Assembly (NCBI GenBank): GCA_016293915.1
Contig: JAEDCY010000008.1
Coordinates: 2,403 to 66,402, forward strand
From: Treponema sp.
GTDB lineage: Bacteria; Spirochaetota; Spirochaetia; Treponematales; Treponemataceae
Direction: 5' to 3'
DNA: 64,000 nt
Shown: positions 51,004-58,096 of the stretch, in pieces
How positions within the stretch are numbered: position 1 is the first letter of the stretch
How the letters are laid out: every line of letters begins with the position of its first letter
Made by a program: the position numbers and the translations under genes
Notes under the pieces: generated by a model
What the model was told of the DNA's origin: nothing
The model's input: the letters and a program-made list of their open reading frames with translations, nothing else
Databases searched by the model: none

Positions 51004-51510
51004 ATGGGGAATTTTAAAAGACTAAGTATTCTTACGATTCTGTTTTTTGCAGGTTCATTATGTTTTTGCAATCAGATTTCATTTCAAATTGTACAGCATG
51101 ATGAAAGTGTAGACTGTGTTTCGGAAGATTCAATGGTAATCGAAGATTCTGTACTCAATAATTTTTTTGAATATGGTTTTATCGTTACTAATTCTGATGC
51201 AGCAATTTCAGATTCTGCAACACAGGATGAAAAACTTTATAAAATCGGGCAGGGAGATGCATTTAATGGATTTTCAGATTATTTTGTTCAGATAAAGCTT
51301 TACTATGAACGCACTGAAAATACATTAAGCAGTACTTCAGACCTTTACGAAATTGATTTTATCATTACTTCTGTAAAGGATGGTAAAAAAATAGCGGCCA
51401 AGTCGATTAAAGATATTAAAATTGACCGTACAAAGAAAAATAATCTGGCGAAGGTTTCATCAGATTTAGTATACGAAATAAACAAAGCATTAAGAGCATA
51501 TAAAGCCTAA
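51004..51510 (+). CDS. hypothetical secreted protein
   Basis: Signal-like N-terminus LSILTILFFAGSLCFC. No family recognised. Confidence 0.55.
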   Translation: MGNFKRLSILTILFFAGSLCFCNQISFQIVQHDESVDCVSEDSMVIEDSVLNNFFEYGFIVTNSDAAISDSATQDEKLYKIGQGDAFNGFSDYFVQIKLYYERTENTLSSTSDLYEIDFIITSVKDGKKIAAKSIKDIKIDRTKKNNLAKVSSDLVYEINKALRAYKA

Positions 51511-51512
51511 GG

Positions 51513-53129
51513 ATGGGTAGGGGTATGAAAAATAAAATTAAAAACATTTTTAAGATTCTGGCAGTAACAGCAGGATGTCTAATGTTTGCATCATTCAGTC
51601 CTTCTTTAGATGGAAGGGCAGTTGTCGTTGATAAAGGAGTTTTTCCTCAGGGACTTTTTGCAAAAACAGTAGGCTACCTTCCTGGTGATATAATCAGTGT
51701 AACAAATATTGCAGGTGATGCTACTGTAGATATTCTTGTAATCGGCGCACTTGATCCTTCTGAGGGGGTTGCAATTATGCTTTCTCCAGAAGCCGCAGAA
51801 GCAATGGGAATTGACAGCAGTGCAAATAACATAGTGAAGATTACAAAACGCTCTGGTCAAGACGACCAGGTATTTGGAAATGCTGTAATTTCAAAATCAT
51901 CAGCAGAAATAGATGACTTTGATGATGAAGAGTTCGAATCAATTGGTGCAGAGCAGAACTCCGATGCTTTTGATAATACAGAAAACGAAGAGCCTGAAGA
52001 GTTTGAAGAAGAGGCAGCTGAAGAAGAAACTTTTGAAGAAGCTGCAGAAGATGAAACTGAAGAGCCTGAAACTGAAATAGCTGAAGAAACAGAAGAAGAA
52101 CCTGAAGTTCCAGAAGCAGTTGAAGAAGCTGAAGAGGAAGAGGCTTTTGAAGAAGAAGTTATAGAAGAGGAAGAAACTGCAGACGAGGAATTTGAGGAAG
52201 AAGAAACTCCAGTAGAAGATGCAGAAGAAGAAAATGAAGAGGAAGCTTTCGAAGATGAAACTCCGGATGCAATAGAAGAAGCTGCAGAAGAAGAAGCTTT
52301 TGAAGAAGATAAGCTTGATGAACTTCCTGCAGAAGAGGAATCTGAAGAAGAGTCTGTAGAAGAAGAACTTGAAGAGTTTGAAGAAGAAGCAGCTGAGCCT
52401 GAAATAGAAGAGGAAACAGCAGAAGAAGAAACTGTTGAAGAAGATATTCCAGAGGAAGAAGAAAGTCTTGAAGAAGAAGCTTTTGATGAAGAAACTCCAG
52501 CTGATATTCCTGAAGAAACAACAGAATCAGAAGATGATGTTCCTGCAGCAGAAGCTTTTGAAGCAGATGAACTTGATGATTTACCTGCAGAGACAGAAGC
52601 TGAGCCAGAAACCGAAGTTTCAGAAGAAACAATAGAAGAAAACGAAACTGATGAATATGAAGCAATTGTACTTGTTCCGGCAGATGCAAATCCTCCAGAG
52701 AGCGAGGAAGATGAAGTTGAAGATGTAATTTCTGAAGATGATATTGATGCAATTGATGAAGAAATTACCTTAACTCCACTGGTGGAAGAAACTCCTGCAG
52801 AACCAGAAGAGCCAAAGCCAGAACCAGAACAAGAACAAGAACAAGAACCAAAAGCTGTAACTTCTTATGATAAGTATATGGTTCCAAGCCTTAAAAACCT
52901 TGAATCTGGAAAGTACTACATTCAGATTGCAGTTTACTCAAGCGAGGATAACATTCTTGATGTAATCGATAAGTATGGAACAAATTATCCGATTACAATC
53001 GTTCCAATGGCAGGCGGTTCAAGCAAGCAGATTTTGATTGGTCCTGTTACAATGGATGAATATAAGGTTGTACTTGAAAGATTTAAGTCTTACGGATTTA
53101 AGGATGCGTTCCTTAGAAAAATTAAATAG
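51513..53129 (+). CDS. SPOR-domain protein (RlpA-like N-terminus) with a poly-acidic linker of about 330 aa
   Basis: C-terminal SPOR-like YYIQIAVYSSEDN...GFKDAFLRKI. The N-terminus GYLPGDIISVTNIAGDATVDILVIG resembles a DPBB. The central region is GAA-rich and E-dominated. Confidence 0.65.
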   Translation: MGRGMKNKIKNIFKILAVTAGCLMFASFSPSLDGRAVVVDKGVFPQGLFAKTVGYLPGDIISVTNIAGDATVDILVIGALDPSEGVAIMLSPEAAEAMGIDSSANNIVKITKRSGQDDQVFGNAVISKSSAEIDDFDDEEFESIGAEQNSDAFDNTENEEPEEFEEEAAEEETFEEAAEDETEEPETEIAEETEEEPEVPEAVEEAEEEEAFEEEVIEEEETADEEFEEEETPVEDAEEENEEEAFEDETPDAIEEAAEEEAFEEDKLDELPAEEESEEESVEEELEEFEEEAAEPEIEEETAEEETVEEDIPEEEESLEEEAFDEETPADIPEETTESEDDVPAAEAFEADELDDLPAETEAEPETEVSEETIEENETDEYEAIVLVPADANPPESEEDEVEDVISEDDIDAIDEEITLTPLVEETPAEPEEPKPEPEQEQEQEPKAVTSYDKYMVPSLKNLESGKYYIQIAVYSSEDNILDVIDKYGTNYPITIVPMAGGSSKQILIGPVTMDEYKVVLERFKSYGFKDAFLRKIK

Positions 53130-53145
53130 TCAGATAAACCAAAAG

Positions 53146-53236
53146 GGCTGTCCAAAAAGTATTGTCATGCTGAACTTGTTTCAGCATCTACACCACATCT
53201 AGTTCTATAGATTCCGAAACAAGTTCGGAATGACAC
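53146..53236. repeat. Family A double-hairpin repeat, long form (copy c)
   Basis: A 91-nt block with 2 mismatches to 56197-56287. Hairpins are gtcatGCTgaacttgtttcAGCatc (53165-53189) and gatTCCgaaacaagttcGGAatgac (53211-53235). Confidence 0.85.
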
Positions 53237-53402
53237 TAGGATGTAAACTTATTGGTCATCCCCTTTTTTATGGTATGATTTGAACCGCAAACGAGCAAAG
53301 CGAGTTTGTCGGTTTCGCAATTAATTTGACACGCTTGCCGAAGGCAAGTCGTGTTCATAATAATGATAAACGGCAGCGGGCTTGACCCGCTGTCCGATTT
53401 CA

Positions 53403-54425
53403 TCAGATAGTATAAACCCATCCCTCAGGTGCAGGGAGACGGCCCATCTGAATACCAGTCAAAGTATCATAAATTTCCTTCAACTTAGGACCCATTTCCT
53501 GTTTTCCTTCGTTATAGATAATCTGTTTTCCGTGGTCATCAATTTCACCAACCGGAGAAATAACAGCAGCAGTACCACAAAGACCACATTCTACGAAATC
53601 AGCAAGTTCATCCTTGTGAATCTTTCTCTCTTCAACTTCCATCTTCAGGTATTCCTTAGCTACAACTACAAGCGAGCGGCGTGTAATTGAAGGAAGAATA
53701 GTATCAGATTTAGGAGTTACAAGCTTTCCATCCTTTGTGATGAAGAGAATGTTTGCTCCACCAGTTTCCTCGAGGTAAGTGTGAGTAGCAGGATCAAGGT
53801 ACATATTTTCAGCATATCCGCAGTTATGTGCATCTACGATATTGTGTAAAGACATAGCATAGTTCAAACCAGCCTTAATATCACCAGTTCCATGAGGAGC
53901 TGCACGGTCGAGGTCTGAAAGGCGAACCTTAATAGGTTTTACACCGCCTTTGAAATATGGTCCAACAGGAGTTACGAGAATACGGAACTGATATTCATCA
54001 GCTGGTTTTACACCAATAACTGAACTTGAACCGAACATATATGGACGGATGTAAAGAGTAGCACCGCTTCCGTAAGGTGGAACCCAATCCTTGTTTTCTT
54101 CGATAGTCTGAAGAACAGCTTCAATAAAGCGTTCTTTTGGGAATACTGGCATTTCAAGGCGTTTACATGAATTTTCCATACGCTCAGCGTTTAAGTCTGG
54201 GCGGAATGTTACGATGTCGCCGTGCTCAGTTGTATATGCTTTAAGGCCTTCAAAACAGGTCTGTGCGTACTGCAATACGCCTGCACATTCGCTGATTTTT
54301 ACAGTATGGTCAGAAGTGAGCTTTCCTTCATCCCATTCACCATTTTTCCAGTTTGCTACATAGCTTTTTGATGTTTCCATGTAGCCGAAAGGCAGATTGC
54401 CCCAGTCCAATTTTTTTGTTGCCAT
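53403..54425 (-). CDS. ilvE: branched-chain amino acid aminotransferase
   Basis: 340 aa, class IV aminotransferase pattern (FEGLKAY, YIRP, EETGGANIFF-like ETGGANILFI, PSITRRS). Confidence 0.92.
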   Translation of the reverse strand: MATKKLDWGNLPFGYMETSKSYVANWKNGEWDEGKLTSDHTVKISECAGVLQYAQTCFEGLKAYTTEHGDIVTFRPDLNAERMENSCKRLEMPVFPKERFIEAVLQTIEENKDWVPPYGSGATLYIRPYMFGSSSVIGVKPADEYQFRILVTPVGPYFKGGVKPIKVRLSDLDRAAPHGTGDIKAGLNYAMSLHNIVDAHNCGYAENMYLDPATHTYLEETGGANILFITKDGKLVTPKSDTILPSITRRSLVVVAKEYLKMEVEERKIHKDELADFVECGLCGTAAVISPVGEIDDHGKQIIYNEGKQEMGPKLKEIYDTLTGIQMGRLPAPEGWVYTI

Positions 54426-54523
54426 ATTTATCTCCTAAAACTTTAGTAATACTAAAGAAATTTAATTACACTTAATTATTATATAACTATTTTTTTTATT
54501 AGTAAAGTGATATAATAGAAAAT

Positions 54524-55300
54524 ATGAAACTTTTTACCTGGAATGATATTCTTTCTATATTAAATGGCGATTCAAATGAAGAATTTCTCTGCGGTGCAAA
54601 AACAGGGATTTCAACAGGCAGTTTTGACGGTCTTCATAAAGGACACAAAAAACTTCTCTCAGAATTAAAAGACCGATGTAAGGCAAAGGGGCTTTTCGCA
54701 GGAGTCGTTACATTTTCACGTCCACTTCCAGGAATAAAACATAGCAGTGATTATAAAGGTGATCTTTCAACACTTAATCAGAGACTGGCTCTTTTCGAAG
54801 AGCTGGGAATTGATTTTGCCATAATAGTTGATTTTGATGATTCTTTTGCCAGCATGATGGGTGCAGACTTTTTGAATATTCTTTTGAATGTATGCAATAT
54901 GGAGCTTATTGCAGAAGGAATTGATTTCCGCTGCGGTTATAAGGGGGCTACAGATGCACAGGCAATCCGTTATTGGGCAGAACAGAATAAAATTGAAGCA
55001 GTTTTTGTAGATCCTGTATATTTTCATGCAGGAACCGAAGATGAAGAAAGAATCAGTTCATCATATATTCGTACAATGCTGAGTAAAGGCTTTTTTATGA
55101 CGGCACAGGAGCTTTTGGAACGCCCATACGAGCTTGATATCGCTGCAATCCGCCGCCTCGCTCCAGAAAAAACGCCGCAGCTGCTTCCTCTGGATGGCCT
55201 TTACAGAACAGAAAACGAAAAAGGGGAACTGGTAAGGCTGGAAATAAAAAACGGAAAGATAGAAAATCTTCCCGCTTGTGATTCTGTAAAGTTTTTATAA
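54524..55300 (+). CDS. ribF: FAD synthetase (FMN adenylyltransferase) RibF-like, with a short/degenerate riboflavin kinase part
   Basis: N-terminal nucleotidyltransferase motif GSFDGLHKGHKKLL and SSSYIR, upstream of rpsO as usual. Only about 75 aa follow where a roughly 125-aa kinase domain is expected. Confidence 0.7.
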   Translation: MKLFTWNDILSILNGDSNEEFLCGAKTGISTGSFDGLHKGHKKLLSELKDRCKAKGLFAGVVTFSRPLPGIKHSSDYKGDLSTLNQRLALFEELGIDFAIIVDFDDSFASMMGADFLNILLNVCNMELIAEGIDFRCGYKGATDAQAIRYWAEQNKIEAVFVDPVYFHAGTEDEERISSSYIRTMLSKGFFMTAQELLERPYELDIAAIRRLAPEKTPQLLPLDGLYRTENEKGELVRLEIKNGKIENLPACDSVKFL

Positions 55301-55304
55301 AACA

Positions 55305-55436
55305 GATCCCGAAACATAGGGAGCGGCGGCTGAAAGCCGACAAAATGCTCCAGTGGAGCATTTTTAGCGAGTCTCCGAGCAGCTGTGCTGCGACGGGTTC
55401 GGGATGACCATGTCATGCTGAACTAGTTTCAGCATC
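55305..55436 (+). repeat. Family B nested structured repeat (copy d) plus a family A hairpin
   Basis: gatcccgaaac-ATAGGGAGCGG...TTTTTAGCGAGTCTCCGAGCAGCTGTGCTGCGA-cgggttcgggatgac, then gtcatgctgaactagtttcagcatc (55412-55436). Confidence 0.85.
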
Positions 55437-55559
55437 TTACTCGCCGAATTCTTCCTGGTCGCACATTTTTTTTGCGTCTTCAAAATCAATTGGCTTACCC
55501 CATACAAAGCCCTGAATAAAGTCGCATTTATGTTCACGAAGAATATCCAGCTGAAGAAG
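55437..55559 (-). pseudogene. C-terminal fragment of an EAL-domain (c-di-GMP phosphodiesterase) gene
   Basis: The minus-strand frame reads LLQLDILREHKCDFIQGFVWGKPIDFEDAKKMCDQEEFGE-stop, matching the EAL C-terminal motif (C-D-x-x-QG-F/Y ... KP). There is no start codon and no upstream domain. Confidence 0.55.
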
Positions 55560-55737
55560 ATATAAATCAGAAAAAAGATATGGACAATAATAAACTTTTA
55601 GAATAATATGTTTAAATCTGTTTTACGGATTACATTGTGATTTGTTTCTAGAAACCCAGAGACCGACCTGCAAGGTTTTCCGCCCATACAGAGTTTCCGG
55701 CCTGGCTGGAAATCATAATTTTTCTAGGGGTTCCAAT

Positions 55738-56007
55738 ATGGCACTTACAAAAGAAACAACAGCCGCAACAGTAAAGAAGTACGGCGCAAAAGACACTGAC
55801 ACAGGTAGTGTAAAGGTTCAGATTGCTCTTATGACACAGCGTGTTGAACAGCTCACAGAGCACAACAAGCTCTTCCCAAAGGATGCTAACGCTAAACGTG
55901 CACTTCTTAAGGTTGTAGGTCAGCGCCGCAAGATGCTCCGCTACTTTGAACGCACAGACCTCGAAGGTTACCGCGCATTCATTAAAGAGCTCGGACTCAG
56001 AAAATAG
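55738..56007 (+). CDS. rpsO: 30S ribosomal protein S15
   Basis: MALTKETTAATVKKYGAKDTDTGSVKVQIALMTQRVEQLTEH...RRKMLRYF, 89 aa. The track ORF start at 55642 is an upstream extension. Confidence 0.95.
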   Translation: MALTKETTAATVKKYGAKDTDTGSVKVQIALMTQRVEQLTEHNKLFPKDANAKRALLKVVGQRRKMLRYFERTDLEGYRAFIKELGLRK

Positions 56008-56019
56008 TCTTGCTTTGTT

Positions 56020-56124
56020 GTCATCCCGAACCATCGCAGCATAGCTGCTCGGAGACTCGCTAAAAACAGTCCACAGGACTGTTTTTGCCCTGCTACGCAG
56101 TGCCGCTCCCTATGTTTCGGGATC
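56020..56124 (-). repeat. Family B nested structured repeat (copy e, inverted)
   Basis: The reverse complement reads gatcccgaaac-ATAGGGAGCGGCACTGCGTAGCAGGGCAAAAACAGTCCTGTGGACTGTTTTTAGCGAGTCTCCGAGCAGCTATGCTGCGA-tggttcgggatgac. Confidence 0.85.
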
Positions 56125-56127
56125 TCA

Positions 56128-56166
56128 AAATCCCGCCAGCCATCGCGCCGTGCGGGATTTTTTTTT
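56128..56166 (+). terminator. rho-independent terminator after rpsO (T1)
   Basis: The stem atcccgc...gcgggat is followed by T9. Confidence 0.7.
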
Positions 56167-56196
56167 GCCCGGCGCAAATTCATTACCATGAATTTG

Positions 56197-56287
56197 GGGC
56201 TGTCCAAAAAGTATTGTCATGCTGAACTTGTTTCAGCATCTACGCCACATCTAGTTCTATAGATTCCGAAATAAGTTCGGAATGACA
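56197..56287. repeat. Family A double-hairpin repeat, long form (copy f)
   Basis: See 53146-53236. The two copies share 89 of 91 nt. Confidence 0.85.
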
Positions 56288-56472
56288 AGTGTGTTTGCTG
56301 CGGAAGGAAAAAAGATTGGAGATTTTTAAACTCTTTATCCTGATTCTGAAGTAACTTATACTTTTAATATTAATAATAAGTCGACTGGTGGGGCTTCGGC
56401 TGGATAAACGAAAACGGCTCAACTAAGAAAATGACAAAGATTAAGAAGTTTTAATCTTATCAGAGAATGAAG

Positions 56473-56511
56473 AAACTCCCGCGCAGCCAGGTGCCGTGCG
56501 GGAGTTTTTTT
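56473..56511. terminator. rho-independent terminator T2 (paralogue of T1), at the 3' end of the minus-strand gene
   Basis: The stem ctcccgc...gcgggag is followed by T7 on the plus strand. About 85 percent identical to T1, with a compensated outer base pair. Confidence 0.6.
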
Positions 56512-56516
56512 ATATA

Positions 56517-57365
56517 TTACAATAAGAATTCTTCGATAAGTTTTTCAAGAGCCTTAATGGAAGGCGGCTCGGTCTGTGTTTCCATGGTGATGATGAGATT
56601 GCGGCCGGCGAGAATTCCGTTTTCGGTGTAGAGGCGGAGCTTGCCGGCCGCATTGTTTGAGTATTCGGTGGAGTCCATGAGGCCAAAGTGTTCCCAGTAG
56701 AACTCTGTACGGGTGCGCGTGTTGAGGCAGAGGAAGTCGGGGTAGAGGGTGATGGATCTGCCGAAGTCGCGTCGAATGTCGTCAGGGTTGATGCGCTTCA
56801 GTGTAATCGGGAATTCGTAACGATAAGGTATGTTGTGGCGGAAAAGTGTATCTGCGATTATTACTTCGGATTTTGAGCGCACCCGTTCGCCACGGGCAGT
56901 ACAGATGTAAGGTGCATCTGACGCGAAGGGCCGGCCCGTCCAGGAAATATCCTGCCAGCGGGCCGCGTACTGCTCGTTTGTGAGAATTGCAGGAGTAATG
57001 AGGCTGCGACGGGCCGGGCAAAGGGAATCGTAGAGTTCAGAAATGGCGCGTCCATTGCTTGTCTGTTTCATGTAATTTTGAAGGGCGGAGATTTCTTTTT
57101 GCAGCAGTTTAATAAGGCGGGCGTCGTAGTCTTTTTGTGCCAGCTGGCGGGCAAGAGTTTTCTGTGAGTGGGGAAGATATTTTCCTCTTAAACTGCCGCG
57201 TTCCGTTACAAGATAATACTCCGGGTGCCCGCCATTTTGAGAAATTCGGATGCGCCCCTGAGGTGCTTTTTCATAAGACTTCTTTTTGGTGAAAAGCAAG
57301 TTTTGAAGCTCTGCGAGCCGCTTTTCTATCAGGGGCGCAAGCTGATTTAGGGATAATTCTTCCAT
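56517..57365 (-). CDS. hypothetical protein, PD-(D/E)XK-type nuclease-like C-terminal half (TnsA/Vsr-like); GC-rich orphan
   Basis: 282-aa ORF with the RBS aaggag. The N half is coiled-coil-like. The C half reads RSKSEVIIADTLFRHNIPYRYEF...ITLYPDFLCLN...EFYWEHFGLMD (E ... PDF ... E-x-F spacing). It is visibly higher in GC than the flanking DNA. Confidence 0.55.
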   Translation of the reverse strand: MEELSLNQLAPLIEKRLAELQNLLFTKKKSYEKAPQGRIRISQNGGHPEYYLVTERGSLRGKYLPHSQKTLARQLAQKDYDARLIKLLQKEISALQNYMKQTSNGRAISELYDSLCPARRSLITPAILTNEQYAARWQDISWTGRPFASDAPYICTARGERVRSKSEVIIADTLFRHNIPYRYEFPITLKRINPDDIRRDFGRSITLYPDFLCLNTRTRTEFYWEHFGLMDSTEYSNNAAGKLRLYTENGILAGRNLIITMETQTEPPSIKALEKLIEEFLL

Positions 57366-57411
57366 TTTTTACTCCTTCGGGCTCTTTTGGAGCTTGATTT
57401 TTGTTTTTGTT

Positions 57412-57699
57412 CCGACTTAACGGTGGCTTTACCTTGTTAAGTCGGGCGATTTGGAGATTTTTTAGCTGTGAGTTCGTCTTTTATTGTAGTGATGGCCGAC
57501 TTAACGCGGTGGTTTTTAAAGTTAAGTCGGCCACAATCAGTGTTTTTGGCTGTAGGCGAGCATCTTTTTCCCAGTTTATCTTCTGCTGTGGCCGACTTAA
57601 CACAGAAAAATTGCAGTTAAGTCGGCTCTTTTCCAGTTTTTCGAAGCGTTGCCGCTGAAATAACTCCGACTTAACGGCAGAACTGACTTGTTAAGTCGG
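57412..57699. repeat. tandem array of four hairpins with conserved stem CCGACTTAAC / GTTAAGTCGG
   Basis: The hairpins lie at 57412-57445, 57494-57532, 57590-57626 and 57666-57699. Stems of 10-12 bp are perfect, and the 14-15 nt loops differ. Confidence 0.85.
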
Positions 57700-57884
57700 T
57701 AAATAAGAGTCTTCGCCGCACAATAAGAAATCTCCACATGTAATATAGACACGAATTACATATTTTTGACAAAATTCGAGGATTTTTTGTGCTTTTTTTA
57801 CTGATTTCTTCCATTGATTATTATGTATTTATGGATTAAAATTAATTATTATATTTTTTTATGAGCCGGCGCGCACGGGGAATT

Positions 57885-58022
57885 GGGGCGTTGTGGGGTT
57901 GTTCCCTGCAAATGGTGCGATGTCTTTTTGTTTTTCTGGCTGGCGATGATTTACCCCACTGGGTGGGGTAGCCGAAAACACCGAAGGTGGTTGAGGCGTA
58001 GGGCGGGGCTCCGCCCTCCTTA
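57885..58022. repeat. GC-rich repeat (family D-related), longer copy
   Basis: Colinear with 44362-44439 apart from an internal insertion of about 45 nt. It has the identical 27-mer at 57996-58022. Confidence 0.75.
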
Positions 58023-58096
58023 AATAAGTATATTAGTTTTACTAATAAATAGAAAAAAACACGCGTCGGATGTAGTGACGTGTGTAGGAGAAAATT

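Noticed and set aside
52159-52752. 197-aa L/Q/H-rich ORF on the minus strand
   Set aside because: It is the reverse complement of the GAA-rich acidic linker of the SPOR protein. TTC/CTT/CTG codons stay open by composition alone.
55640-55737. Possible S15-binding autoregulatory leader upstream of rpsO
   Set aside because: Some local complementarity exists (gaaaccc...ggttttc, tttccgg...ctggaaa). I could not derive a convincing pseudoknot or three-way junction by eye, and there are no homologous copies to test covariation.
57401-57658. 85-aa ORF through the hairpin array, and the idea that the array is a CRISPR
   Set aside because: The ORF is generated by the repeats themselves. The array is not CRISPR-like: each unit is a self-complementary stem with a variable loop rather than a direct repeat, spacing is irregular (74-96 nt), and no cas genes are in the window.
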